Source: Patagioenas fasciata (lineage: Eukaryota). From it: a DNA stretch of 64,000 nucleotides. Under the pieces are notes generated by a model. It was not told where the DNA came from and searched no databases. It saw only the letters and a list, made by a program, of their open reading frames with translations. The position numbers and the translations under genes are program-made. Below are positions 11,220-28,290 of the stretch, one piece after another (position 1 is the stretch's first letter; each line of letters opens with the position of its first letter). The stretch covers positions 450,619-514,618 of the forward strand of contig NC_092556.1 in NCBI RefSeq assembly GCF_037038585.1, in the 5' to 3' direction.

Positions 11220-13200
11220 AGGGGGTATGGGAGAAATTGGGGTTCAGGGAGGAACCAAGGGGTGAAATGGGGGGGATTTGGGGGTTCAGGGAGGAACCAA
11301 GGGGTGAAATGGGGGGGATTGGGGGTTCAGGGAGGAACCAAGGGGTGAAATGGGGGGGATTGGGGGTTCAGGGAGGAACCAAGGGGTGAAATGGGGGGGA
11401 TTTGGGGGTTCAGGGAGGAACCAAGGGGCGAAATGGGGGGGATTTGGGGGTTCAGGGAGGAACCAAGGGGTGAAATGGGGGGGATTGGGGGTTCAGGGAG
11501 GAACCAAGGGGTGAAATGGGGGGGATTGGGGGTTCAGGGAGGAACCAAGGGGCGAAATGGGGGGGATTTGGGGGTTCAGGGAGGAACCAAGGGGTGAAAT
11601 GGGGGGGATTGGGGGTTCAGGGAGGAACCAAGGGGTGAAATGGGGGGGATTTGGGGTTCAGGGAGGAACCAAGGGGTGAAATGGGGGGGATTTGGGGGTT
11701 CAGGGAGGAACCAAGGGGTGAAATGGGGGGGATTGGGGGTTCAGGGAGGAACCAAGGGGTGAAATGGGGGGGATTTGGGGGTTCAGGGAGGAACCAAGGG
11801 GTGAAATGGGGGGGATTGGGGGTTCAGGGAGGAACCAAGGGGTGAAATGGGGGGGATTGGGGGGTTCAGGGAGGAACCAAGGGGTGAAATGGGGGGATTG
11901 GGGGGTTCAGGGAGGAACCAAGGGGTGAAATGGGGGGATTGGGGGGTTCAGGGAGGAACCAAGGGGTGAAATGGGGGGGATTGGGGGTTCAGGGAGGAAC
12001 CAAGGGGTGAAATGGGGGGATTGGGAGGTTCAGGGAGGAACCAAGGGGTGAAATGGGGGGGATTTGGGGGTTCAGGGAGGAACCAAGGGGTGAAATGGGG
12101 GGGATTGGGGGTTCAGGGAGGAACCAAGGGGTGAAATGGGGGGATTGGGGGGTTCAGGGAGGAACCAAGGGGTGAAATGGGGGGGATTTGGGGGTTCAGG
12201 GAGGAACCAAGGGGTGAAATGGGGGGGATTTGGGGGTTCAGGGAGGAACCAAGGGGTGAAATGGGGGGGATTTGGGGGTTCAGGGAGGAACCAAGGGGTG
12301 AAATGGGGGGGATTGGGGGTTCAGGGAGGAACCAAGGGGTGAAATGGGGGGGATTGGGGGTTCAGGGAGGAACCAAGGGGTGAAATGGGGGGGATTTGGG
12401 GGTTCAGGGAGGAACCAAGGGGTGAAATGGGGGGGATTTGGGGGTTCAGGGAGGAACCAAGGGGTGAAATGGGGGGGATTGGGGGTTCAGGGAGGAACCA
12501 AGGGGTGAAATGGGGGGATTGGGGGGTTCAGGGAGGAACCAAGGGGTGAAATGGGGGGGATTTGGGGGTTCAGGGAGGAACCAAGGGGTGAAATGGGGGG
12601 GATTGGGGGTTCAGGGAGGAACCAAGGGGTGAAATGGGGGGGATTTGGGGGTTCAGGGAGGAACCAAGGGGTGAAATGGGGGGGATTGGGGGTTCAGGGA
12701 GGAACCAAGGGGCGAAATGGGGGGGATTGGGGGTTCAGGGAGGAACCAAGAGGTAAATGGGGGTGATTTGGGGGTTCAGGGAGGAACCAAGGGGTGAAAT
12801 GGGGGGTTGGATGGGGGGGTTTTGGGGGTTCAGGGAGGAACCAAGGGATGAATGGGGTGTTCCAGGGGGGTGGGTAAAGGGGGTTTTGGGGATTCAGGGA
12901 GGAACCACGGGGCGAGCGGGGGGTTGATGGATTTGGGGGTTCACTAAGGGGGTTTGGGGGTTCAGGGAGGAACCAAGGGGTGAAATGGGGGGGGTTGGTG
13001 GATTTGGGGGTTCACTAAGGGGGTTTGGGGGTTCAGGGAGGAACCAAGGGGCGAAATGGGGGGTTCCAGGGGTTTGGATAAAGGGGGCTTTGGGGGTTCA
13101 GGGAGGAACCATGGGGTGAAATGGGGGTGGGCTGTGGGGGTTCAGGGAGGAACCAAGGGCTGAAATGGGGGCTTCAGGGAGGAACCACGGGCCGAGCGGG
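11220..13200. repeat. 41-bp satellite GGGGTTCAGGGAGGAACCAAGGGGTGAAATGGGGGGGATT, about 45 units
   Basis: Direct reading. It is highly homogeneous. Confidence 0.95.
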
Positions 13201-13281
13201 GGGGTTGATGGATTTGGGGGTTCACTGCGGGGGTCTCGGGGTGCAGGGGGGGCGGGGGGTGGCTGACGCGTCCCCCCGCAG

Positions 13282-13581
13282 GGCAGGGGGTTTTCGGGGC
13301 GCCATGTACAATGGGATCGGGCTGGCGACGCCGCGGGGCAGCGGCACCAACGGCTACGTGCAGCGCAACCTGTCGGCCCTGCGGGGCAAACGGGAGCCCA
13401 GGACGGCCCAGAACGGGGGAGACCCCCCCCCCGGCCCCCCCGGCCCCGATCGGGACGACCCCCCCACCCTGGAAACCGGGGGGCTGCTCCGCAAACCCAA
13501 CCCCGACATCCTCGACCACCAGCGCAAGAGGAAGGTGGAGCTGAAATGCCTGGAGCTGGCCGAGCTCATGGAGGAGCAGGG
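13282..13581 (+). CDS. SRRM2: SRRM2 first coding exon (ATG at 13304): [34 protein letters not shown]...PNPDILDHQRKRKVELKCLELAELMEEQG
   Basis: Strong match to the human SRRM2 N-terminus [24 protein letters not shown]...KRPNPDILDHERKRRVELRCLELEEMMEEQG. Acceptor ccccccgcag| at 13281. Donor GG|gtgagt, phase 2. Confidence 0.9.
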
Positions 13582-13599
13582 GTGAGTGGCTCAAAGTGG

Positions 13600-14760
13600 C
13601 CCGAAACCGCACGAAATTAGCCCAAAACCGACCCGAAATGGGCCCGGACCGCCTTAAAATGCTCCCACATGGCCCCAGAATGGGCCCAGACGGCCTTAAA
13701 ATGAGCCCAGACCACCTTAAAATGCTCCCACGTGGCCCCAAGATGGGCCCAGACCACCTTAAAATGCTCCCAGATGACCCCAGAATGTGCCCAAATGACC
13801 CCAAAATGGGCCCAGAGGGCCTTAAAATGAGCCCAGACCACCTTAAAATGCTCCCACATGGCCCCAAGATGGGCCCAGACCACCTTAAAATGGGCCCAAA
13901 TGACCCCAGAATGGGCCCAGACCGCCTTAAAATGCTCCCGCATGGCCCCAAAATGGGTGCAAATGACCCCAAAATGGGCCCAGATGGCCTTAAAATGCTC
14001 CCATATGTGCCCAGACCACCTTAAAATGCTCCCACGTGGCCCCAAAATGGGCGCAAATGACCCTAAAATGGGCCCAGACCACCTTAAAATGCTCCCACAT
14101 GGCCCCAAAATGGGCCCAGACCACCTTAAAATGCTCCCAGATTAACCCAGAATGTGCCCAAATGACCCCAAAATGGGCCCAGATGGCCCCAAATTCCCCC
14201 CAACACCCCAAAACTCCACTTGGATCCTCCCAACTTCTCCTTCATCCCCATCTCCCGCACCCCCAAACTTCCCTTTTTCCCCCAAAAACCCCCTCTAGAC
14301 CCCCCAAGCACCCCCAAAACCCCTTCTAGACCCCCCAAAACCCCCTCTAGACCCCCCATGCACCCCCAAAACCCCCTCTAGACCCCCCATGCACCCCCAA
14401 AACCCCCTCTAGACCCCCCATGCACCCCCAAAACCCCCTCTAGACCCCCCCAGCACCCCCAAAACCCCCTCTAGACCCCCCCATGCACCCCCAAAACCCC
14501 CTCTAGACCCCCCCCATGCACCCCCAAAACCCCCTCTAGACCCCCCATGCACCCCCAAAACCCCCTCTAGACCCCCCCATGCACCCCCAAAACCCCCTCT
14601 AGACCCCCCCCATGCACCCCCAAAACCCCCTCTAGACCCCCCATGCACCCCCAAAACCCCCTCTAGACCCCCCCATGCACCCCCAAAACCCCCTCTAGAC
14701 CCCCCATGCACCCCCAAAACCCCCTCTAGACCCCCCAAGCACCCCCAACACCCCAAAAAT
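13600..14760. repeat. Two minisatellites in SRRM2 intron: a ~40-bp CCTTAAAATGCTCCCACATGGCCCCAAGATGGGCCCAGAC unit, then a ~30-bp CCCCAAAACCCCCTCTAGACCCCCCATGCA unit
   Basis: Direct reading. Confidence 0.9.
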
Positions 14761-15006
14761 CCCCCCAAAATCCCCCCGAATTCCCCCTCAACTCCACTTG
14801 GACCCTCCCAACTTCTCCTGCATCCCTGACTCCCGTACCCCCAAAACTCCCCTTTTTGCCCCCAAAACTCCCCTTTTTCCCCCCAAAACCCCCTTTTTCC
14901 TCCCCAACTCTCCCCCTTTTACCCCCCAACCCCCCTCCAATCCCCCCCCCAGCCCCCCAAAACCCCCCTTAGCCCCCCAAAAACCCCCTTCTCCCCCCAT
15001 TTCCAG

Positions 15007-15105
15007 GTACACGGAGAGCGAAATCCAGGACAAAGTCTCCACCTTCCGCACGATGCTCTTGGAACGCGACGTGGCCCTGGGGGACCCCGCCGACCCCAAA
15101 CCCGC
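15007..15105 (+). CDS. SRRM2: SRRM2 exon: (G)YTESEIQDKVSTFRTMLLERDVALGDPADPKP
   Basis: Matches human QGYEEQQIQEKVATFRLMLLEKDV. Acceptor ttccag|. Donor GC|gtgagt. The phase continues from the previous exon. Confidence 0.9.
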
Positions 15106-15190
15106 GTGAGTGCCCCCAAAACCCCCCCGAGACCCCCCAAAACCCCCCCTAATTAACCCCCCCCCCCTTAACGAGCTCCCCCCTCGTTAG

Positions 15191-15346
15191 CGTGACGGAA
15201 ACTCATCAGCTGGCCGAAGCTAACGAGAAGAAGAACGAGCGGCTGCGGGCGGCCTTCGGGATCAGCGACAGCTACGTGGACGGGAGCTCCTTCGACCCCG
15301 CGCGCCGCGCCAAAGAGACCCCCCCGGAGCCCCCCGAGCCCCCCAG
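15191..15346 (+). CDS. SRRM2: SRRM2 exon: AVTETHQLAEANEKKNERLRAAFGISDSYVDGSSFDPARRAKETPPEPPEPP
   Basis: Matches human PAVTETHQLAELNEKKNERLRAAFGISDSYVDGSSFDPQRRA. Acceptor cgttag|. Donor CCCCAG|gtaccg. Confidence 0.9.
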
Positions 15347-15439
15347 GTACCGACCCGGGGGTCCCCAAAACCCCCCGGTGCCCCCCAAAAACACCCCGGG
15401 CCCCCCAAGTTTTCCTGAGCCCCCCAAGTCCCCCTAAGT

Positions 15440-16330
15440 ACCATCAAACCCTTCTTAGTGTCTCAAACCCCTCATAGGGTTATACTGGGGTACAGGGGGG
15501 TCCCCAAACCCCATAGGGTTATACTGGGGTACAAGGGGGTCCCTGAAACCCCCCAGTGCCCCCCAAAAACACCCCAGGCCCCCCAAGTTTTCCTGAGCCC
15601 CCCAAGTCCCCCTAAGTACCATCAAACCCTTCTTAGTGTCTCAAACCCCATAGGGTTATACTGGGGTACAGGGGGGTCCCCAAACCCCATAGGGTTATAC
15701 TGGGGTACAAGGGGGTCCCCGAAACCCCCCTGTGCCCCCCAGAAATACCCCGGGCCCCCCAAGTTTTCCTGAGCCCCCCAAGTCCCCCCAAATCCCCCCC
15801 AAGTCCATCAAGCTCCCCTTAGTGTCTCAACCCCCCCCATAGGGTTATATTGGGGTACAGGGGGGATCCCCACACCCCATAGCGATATATTGGGGTACAG
15901 GGGGGATCCCCACACCCCATAGGTCAATATTGGGGTACAGGGGGGATCCTCAAACCCCATAGGGATATATTGGGGTACAGAGGGATCCCCACACCCCATA
16001 GGGATATATTGGGTACAGGGGGGATCCCCAAACCCCATAGGGATATATTGGGGTACAGAGGGATCCCCACACCCCATAGGGATATATTGGGGTACAGGGG
16101 GGATCCCCAAACCCCATAGGGATATATTGGGGTACAGGGGGATCCCCACACCCCATAGGGATATAATGGGGTCCTCACACCCCGTGGGTCAATATTGGGG
16201 TACAGGGGGATCCCCACACCCCATAGGGATATAATGGGGTACAGGGGGGTCCCCACACCCCATAGGGATATAATGGGGTCCCCACACCCCGTGGGTCAAT
16301 ATTGGGGTCCGGGGGGTCCCCCACACCCCC
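15440..16330. repeat. ~40-bp minisatellite CATAGGGATATATTGGGGTACAGGGGGGATCCCCACACC, plus a ~160-bp segmental tandem duplication (15370-15730)
   Basis: Direct reading. Confidence 0.85.
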
Positions 16331-16383
16331 AGGTGAACGTTGGGGTGCGGGGCCCCCCGTGGTGACCCCCCCCCGTTCCCCAG

Positions 16384-16461
16384 CGCCGGGCGCGAGGCCT
16401 CGAGCTCCCGCTCCCCGTCCCCCAAGCAGAAGAAGAAGAAGAAGAAGAAGGATCGGGGCAG
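16384..16461 (+). CDS. SRRM2: SRRM2 exon: SAGREASSSRSPSPKQKKKKKKKDRGR
   Basis: Matches human RESSSSRSPTPKQKKKKKKKDRGR. Acceptor cccag|. Donor GGCAG|gtgagg. Confidence 0.9.
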
Positions 16462-16529
16462 GTGAGGTGTGGGGAGGAAGGGGGCGCGGGGGGGTCGGGG
16501 TTGGGCCCCATGGAATGTGTGGGTCGCAG

Positions 16530-16583
16530 GTCGGCCAGCCGCTCCGGGGAGAGGAAGAAGAGCTCCAAGAAGAAGAAGCACAG
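16530..16583 (+). CDS. SRRM2: SRRM2 exon: RSASRSGERKKSSKKKKHR
   Basis: Matches human RSESSSPRRERKKSSKKKKHR. Acceptor tcgcag|. Donor CACAG|gtgggg. Confidence 0.9.
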
Positions 16584-16589
16584 GTGGGG

Positions 16590-18500
16590 TCTGTGGGGCG
16601 GGATCTGGGGGGGGGGATCTATGGGGGATCTGGGGGGGGATCTATGGGTTGGGGTGTATGGGGTGGGGTCTATGGGGCACGACCTAGGGGGGATCGGTTG
16701 GGGGATCTGTGGGGTGGGATCTGTGGGGTGGGATCTGTAGGGGGGATCTATGGGGTGGATCTATGGGGGAGCTGGTGGGGGGAATCTATGGGTTGGGGTC
16801 TATGGGGGGTGTATGGGGTGGGGTCTATGGGGCACGACCTAGGGGGGATCGGTTGGGGGATCTGTGGGGTGGGATCTATAGGGTAGATCTGTGGGGGATC
16901 TATGGGGTGGATCTATGGGGGATTGGAGGGGGAATCTATGGGGTGGATCTATGGGGGATCTGGGGGGGGGGAATCTATGGGTTGGGGTGTATGGGGTGGG
17001 GTCTATGGAGCACGACCTAGGGGGAATCAGTTGGGGGATCTGTGGGGTGGGATCTATAGGGTAGATCTGTGGGGGATCTGTGGGGTGGGATCTGTAGGGG
17101 GGGATCTATGGGGTGGATCTATGGGGGATCTGGGGGGGGAATCTATGGGTTGGGGTCTATGGGGGTGTATGGGGTGGGGTCTATGGGGCACGACCTAGGG
17201 GGGATCGGTTGGGGGATCTGTGGGGTGGGATCTGTAGGGGGGATCTATGGGGTGGATCTATGGGGGAGCTGGGGGGGGGAATCTATGGGTTGGGGTCTAT
17301 GGGGGGTGTATGGGGTGGGGTCTATGGGGCACGACCTAGGGGGGATCGGTTGGGGGATCTGTGGGGTGGGATCTGTAGGGGGGATCTATGGGGTGGATCT
17401 ATGGGGGATCTGGTGGGGGGAATCTATGGGTTGGGGTCTATGGGGGGTGTATGGGGTGAGATCTATGGGGCACGACCTAGGGGGGATCGGTTGGGGGATC
17501 TGTGGGGTGGGATCTATAGGGTAGATCTGTGGGGGATCTATGGGGTGGGATCTGTAGGGGGGGATCTATGGGGTGGAACTATGGGGGATCTGGTGGGGGG
17601 AATCTATGGGTTGGGGTCTATGGGGGGTGTATGGGGTGGGGTCTATGGGGCACGACCTAGGGGGGATCGGTTGGGGGATCTGTGGGGTGGGATCTGTAGG
17701 GTAGATCTGTGGGGGATCTGTGGGGTGGGATCTGTAGGGGGGGATCTATGGGGGATCTGGGGGGGGGGAATCTATGGGTTGGGGTCTATCGGTTGGGGTG
17801 TATGGGGTGGGGTCTATGGGGCACGATCTAGGGGGGATCTGTGGGGTGGGATCTATAGGGTAGATCTGTGGGGGATCCATGGGGTGGGGTCTATGGGGTG
17901 AGATCTATAGGGGGGATCTATGGGGTGGATCTATGGGGCATCTGGGGGGGAATCTATGGGGTGGATCTATGGGGGATCATCTATAGAGGATCTGTGGGGC
18001 GGGATCTATGGGGTGAATCTGTAGGGGATCTGTGGGGCGGGATCTATAGGGGATCTATGGGGTGAATCTATAGGGGATCTGTGGGGTGGGATCTATGGGG
18101 TGAATCTATAGGGGATCTGTGGGGCGGGATCTAGGGGGTGGATCTATGGGGGATCATCTATGGAGGATCTGGGGGGCGGGATCTATGGGGTGAATCTGTA
18201 GGGGATCTATGGGGCACGACCTATGGGGTGGATCTATGGGGTGGGTCTGTGGGGTGGAATCTAGGGGGGATCTCGGGTAGATCTATGGGGTATCTGTGGG
18301 ATGGGATCTATAGGGTGAGATCTATATGGGATCTCTGGGGCAGGATCTATGGGGTAGGATATGGAGTGGGATCTATAGGGTGAGATCTGTGGGGCACGAC
18401 TTACGGGGTAGGGTGTGGGGTGGGATCCATGGGGCAGAGTCCATAGGAGAGATCCATAGGGTGGAATCTGTGGGGCAGGATCCATAGGGCGGGATCCATG
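16590..18500. repeat. GGATCTATGGGGTGG-family minisatellite
   Basis: Direct reading. Confidence 0.9.
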
Positions 18501-18544
18501 GGTCGGGATCTATGGGGCTGCCCCTCACCCCCGTTTCCCCCCAG

Positions 18545-18577
18545 GTCTGAGTCGGAGGCCAAGAAGCGGAAGCACCG
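18545..18577 (+). CDS. SRRM2: SRRM2 micro-exon: SESEAKKRKHR
   Basis: Matches human SESESKKRKHR. Acceptor ccccag|. Donor CACCG|gtgagg. The phases are consistent on both sides. Confidence 0.85.
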
Positions 18578-18636
18578 GTGAGGGGGGGTAGGGGGGCAGA
18601 TTTTGGGGGGATTTGGGGGGATTTGGGGGTTGTGGT

Positions 18637-18667
18637 GACGTCACCGCTGACGTCACTGATGACGTCA
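18637..18667 (+). promoter_or_regulatory. Three tandem palindromic CRE-like octamers TGACGTCA within 31 bp, ending 12 bp before the exon-7 acceptor
   Basis: ggtgacgtcaccgctgacgtcactgatgacgtcatctccccccag|. This is intronic and therefore not a codon artefact, unlike the VTS-coding copies inside exon 10. Confidence 0.3.
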
Positions 18668-18678
18668 TCTCCCCCCAG

Positions 18679-18729
18679 CTCTCCCAGCCCCAAAACCAAA
18701 CACAAGGCCAAGGAGAAGAAGCGCAAGAG
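18679..18729 (+). CDS. SRRM2: SRRM2 exon: SPSPKTKHKAKEKKRKR
   Basis: Matches human SPTPKSKRKSKDKKRKR. Acceptor ccccccag|. Donor AAGAG|gtgagg. Confidence 0.85.
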
Positions 18730-18739
18730 GTGAGGCCCC

Positions 18740-20900
18740 AGTGTCCCCCCAGTGTCCCCCCAGTGTCCCCATTGTGTCCCCCCAGTGTCCCCATTGTGTC
18801 CCCCCAGTGTCCCCATTGTGTCCTCCCAATGTCCCCATTGTGTCCCCCCAGTGTCCCCATTGTGTCCCCTGTTGTGTCCCCCCAATGTGTCCCCATTGTC
18901 TCCCATTGTATTCCTCCCCATTGTGTCCCCCCACTGTCCCCATTGTGTCCTCCCAATGTCCCCATTGTGTCCCCCCAGTGTCCCCATTGTGTCCCCCCAC
19001 TGTCCCCATTGTGTCCCCCATGTCCTTCCCAGTGTCCCCATTGTGTCCCCCCAATGTCCCCCAATGTGTCCCCATTGTGTCCCCCATTGTGTCCCCATTG
19101 TGTCCCCCAGTGTCCCCATTGTGTCCCCTGTTGTGTCCCCCCAATGTCCCCCATTGTGTCCCCATTGTGTCCCCCCAATGTCCCCATTGTGTCCCCTGTT
19201 GTGTCCCCCCAATGTCCCCCAATGTGTCCCCATTGTCTCCCATTGTATTCCCCCCCATTGTGTCCCCCCAGTGTCCCCCCAATGTCCCCCCAGGGTCCCC
19301 ATTGTGTCCCCCCAGTGTCCCCCCAGTGTCCCCGTTGTGTCCCCTGTTGTGTCCCCCCAATGTCCCCCAATGTGTCCCCATTGTATTCCCCCCCATTGTG
19401 TCCCCCCACTGTCCCCATTGTGTCCCCCATGTCCTCCCCAGTGTCCCCATTGTGTCCCTCAGTGTCCCCTCCAGTGTCCCCCAGTGTCCCCATTGTGTCC
19501 CCCCATATCTCCCCATGTCCCCATTGTGTCCCCCCAGTGTCCCCATTGTCTCCCATTGCATCCCCTCCATTGTGTCCCCCATGTCCTCTGATGTCCCCCC
19601 ATTGTCCCCCCCAGGTCCCCATTGTGTCCCCCATGTCCTCCAGTGTCCCCCCAGATCCCCATTGTGTCCCCTATTGTCCCCCCAGATCCCCATTGTGTCC
19701 CCCCATATCTCCCTGTGTCCCCATTGTGTCCCCCCAATATCCCCCTGGTGTCCCCATTGTTTCCCATTGTGTCCCCCCAATGTCCCCATTGTGTCCCCCA
19801 TGTCCTCCAATGTCCCCAGTGTCCCCATTGTGTCCCCCAGTGTCCCCATTGTGACTCCTCCAATGTCCCCATTGTGTCCCCCAGTGTCCCCCCAGTATCC
19901 CCGTTGTGTCCCCCCATATCTCCCTGTGTCCTCAATGTGTCCCCCACCATGTCCCCCAGTGTCCCCATTGTCTCCCCGTTGTGTCCCCCACTGTGTCCCC
20001 CCAATATCCCCATTGTGTCCTCAATGACCTCCAGTGTCCCCCCAGGTCCCCATTGTGTCCCCCAGGTCCTCCTAATGTCCCCCAATGTCCCCATTGTGTC
20101 CCCCCATTGTGTCCCCCCATTGTGTCCCCCCATTGTGTCCCCCCATTGTGTCCCCCATTGTCCCCCATCATGTCCTATCCTCCCCCCCATTGTCCCCCCC
20201 ATTGTCCCCCCCATTGTCCCCTATCATGTCCTGTTGTCCCCCCCATTGTCCCCCCCATTGTCCCCCCCATTGTCCCCCCCATTGTCCCCTATCATGTCCT
20301 GTTGTCCCCCCCATTGTCCCCCCCATTGTCCCCCCCATTGTCCCCCCCATTGTCCCCCCCATTGTGTCCCCCATTGTCCCCCCCATTGTGTCCCCCATTG
20401 TCCCCCATTGTCCCCCATTGTCCCCCATTGTGTCCCCCATTGTGTCCCCCATTGTGTCCCCCATTGTCCCCTATCATGTCCTGTTGTCCCCCCCATTGTC
20501 CCCCCCATTGTCCCCCCCATTGTCCCCCCCATTGTCCCCCCCATTGTCCCCCCCATTGTCCCCCATTGTGTCCCCCATTGTCCCCTATCATGTCCTGTTG
20601 TCCCCCCCATTGTCCCCCATTGTCCCCCATTGTCCCCCATCATGTCCTATCCTCTCCCCATTGTCCCCTATCGTGTCCCCCATCCTGTGTCCCATTGCAT
20701 CCCCCATTGTCTCCTGTCATGTCCCCCATTGTCCCCCTCCATGTCCAATCACGTCTCCCCCATCATGTCCCCCATCGTCCCCCCTTGTCCCCCTTTGCAT
20801 CTTGTTGTGTCCCCCCTTGTGTCCCCCCTTGTGTCCCCCCTTGTGTCCCCCATTGTGTCCCCCATCGTGTCCCCCGTTGTGTCCCCATTGTCCCCGAGCC
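18740..20900. repeat. CCCATTGTGTCCCCCCAGTGTCC-family minisatellite
   Basis: Direct reading. It generates the spurious ORFs 18613..19854, 18741..20027 and others. Confidence 0.9.
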
Positions 20901-20924
20901 GTCGCTCACCCCCTGTCCCCCCAG

Positions 20925-20999
20925 ATCCCCCAGCGAGCCAGCGTCCCAGCGCAGCCGCCGCGACGACGCCCCCTCCTCCTCAGGCTCCTCCCCCTCACG
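20925..20999 (+). CDS. SRRM2: SRRM2 exon: RSPSEPASQRSRRDDAPSSSGSSPSR
   Basis: Acceptor ccccccag|ATCC. Donor TCACG|gtaagt. The phase chain is consistent, and the exon is RS-like. Confidence 0.75.
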
Positions 21000-21082
21000 G
21001 TAAGTCCCGCCCCCTTCCCCCCGCCCCACCCCCCCCCCGCCCCCCAAAACCCCACCAACCGACCCCCCCGTCCCCCCCGCAG

Positions 21083-21128
21083 GTGCCAGCGCCAGGAGGA
21101 GGAGCCGGGGCCGCCCCCCGCACCCCAG
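21083..21128 (+). CDS. SRRM2: SRRM2 46-nt exon: (R)CQRQEEEPGPPPAPQ
   Basis: Acceptor cccccgcag|. Donor CCCAG|gtgagc. Its length of 3n+1 is exactly what is needed to link the phase-2 end of the previous exon to the phase-0 start of the giant exon. Confidence 0.7.
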
Positions 21129-21209
21129 GTGAGCGCCGGGGGGGCCGGGGCCGCCCACCCCCGCCCGCCCCGCCCCCGCTCACCCCCCCCTCTCTCCCTC
21201 TCTCCGCAG

Positions 21210-26248
<5,039 letters not shown>

Positions 26249-26254
26249 GTGAGT

Positions 26255-28075
26255 GTCCCCAAGTGTCCCCAAGTGTCCCCTGGGGGTTCCTGGCCCCATA
26301 GTGGCCCCCAAGTGTCCCCAAATGTCACCCAGTGTCACCAGGTTATCAGCTCAGGGCCCCCCGAGTGTCCCCAAGTGTCACCTCAGGGTCCCCAAATGTC
26401 ACCCAGTGTCACCTTGGGGGTCCCCAGAGTGTCCCCAGATGTCACTCAGTGTCACCTTGGGGTCCCCAGAGTGTCCCCAGATGTCACCCAGTGTCACCAA
26501 GCATCAGCTCAGGGTCCCCCAAGTGTCCCCCGAGTGTCCCCGAATGTCACCCGGTGTCACCAAGTTATCAGCTCAGGGCCCCCCGAGTGTCCCCAAGTGT
26601 CACCTCAGGGTCCCCAAATGTCACCCAGTGTCACCTTGGGGGTCCCTAGAGTGTCCCCAAATGTCACTCAGTGTCACCTTGGGGTCCCCAGAGTGTCCCC
26701 AAATGTCACCCAGTGTCACCAAGCATCAGCTCAGGGTCCCCCGAGTGTCCCCAAATGTCACCCAGTGTCACCAAGTATCAGCTCAGGGGTCCCCAAGTGT
26801 CCCGAAGTGTCACCTCAGGGTCCCCAAATGTCACCCAGTGTCACCTTGGGGTCCCCAGAGTGTCCCCAAATGTCACCCAGTGTCACCTTGGGGTCCCCAG
26901 AGTGTCCCCAAATGTCACCCAGTGTCACCTTGGGGTCCCCAGAGTGTCCCCAAATGTCACCCAGTGTCACCAAGCATCAGCTCAGGGTCCCCCAAGTGTC
27001 CCCCGAGTGTCCCCAAATGTCACCCAGTGTCACCAGGTTATCAGCTCAGGGCCCCCCGAGTGTCCCCGAATGTCACCTCAGGGTCCCCCAATGTCCCCCA
27101 AGTGTCCCCAAATGTCACCCAGTGTCACCAAGCATCAGCTCAGGGCCCCCCGAGTGTCCCCCGAGTGTCCCCAAATGTCACCCAGTGTCACCAGGTTATC
27201 AGCTCAGGGCCCCCCGAGTGTCCCCAAATGTCACCTCAGGGTCCCCAAATGTCACCCAGTGTCACCAAGTATCAGCTCAGGGCCCCCTGAGTGTCCCCAA
27301 ATGTCACCCAGTGTCACCTTGGGGTCCCCAGAGTGTCCCCAAATGTCACCCAGTGTCACCAAGCATCAGCTCAGGGTCCCCCGAGTGTCCCCAAATGTCA
27401 CCCAGTGTCACCAAGTATCAGCTCAGGGGTCCCCAAGTGTCCCCAAGTGTCACCTCAGGGTCCCCAAATGTCACTCAGTGTCACCTCAGGGTCCCCCAAT
27501 GTCCCCCAAGTGTCCCCAAATGTCACCCAGTGTCACCAAGCATCAGCTCAGGGCCCCCCGAGTGTCCCCCGAGTGTCCCCAAATGTCACCCAGTGTCACC
27601 AGGTTATCAGCTCAGGGCCCCCCGAGTGTCCCCAAATGTCACCTCAGGGTCCCCAAATGTCACCCAGTGTCACCAAGCATCAGCTCAGGGCCCCCTGAGT
27701 GTCCCCAAGTGTCACCCAGTGTCACCTTGGGGTCCCCAGAGTGTCCCCAAATGTCACCCAGTGTCACCAGGTTATCAGCTCAGGGCCCCCTGAGTGTCCC
27801 CAAATGTCACCCAGTGTCACCTTGGGGGTCCCTAGAGTGTCCCCAAATGTCACCCAGTGTCACCTTGGGGGTCCCTAGAGTGTCCCCAAATGTCACTCAG
27901 TGTCACCTTGGGGTCCCCAGAGTGTCCCCAAATGTCACCCAGTGTCACCAAGCATCAGCTCAGGGTCCCCCAAGTGTCCCCAAGTGTCACCTCAGGGTCC
28001 CCCAAGTGTCCCCATTGTCCCCCATGTTGCCCCCATTGTCCCCGGGCCTGGTGTCCCCGGTGTCCCCAATGTCCC
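26255..28075. repeat. Minisatellite GTGTCCCCAAATGTCACCCAGTGTCACC... in the intron between the two SRRM2 poly-Ser exons
   Basis: Direct reading. It generates the spurious ORFs 26249..27793 and 26671..28947. Confidence 0.9.
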
Positions 28076-28089
28076 CCTTGTCCCCACAG

Positions 28090-28255
28090 GTGCCCCGCCC
28101 CCCCGGCGCTGCCATCGGCCCCCGACGCCCCCGACGTCCCCGCCATCGTCCCCGTGGTCCCCGTGGTCCCCAAGCGCCGCAAGCGCCGCAGCTCCAGCTC
28201 CTCCTCCTCCTCCTCTTCCTCCTCCTCCTCCTCCTCTTCCTCTTCCTCCTCCTCC

Positions 28256-28290
<35 letters not shown>

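Noticed and set aside
13596-14024. ORF MARNRTKLAQNRPEMGPDRLKMLPHGP... in SRRM2 intron
   Set aside because: It is encoded by the 40-bp CCTTAAAATGCTCCCACATGG satellite.
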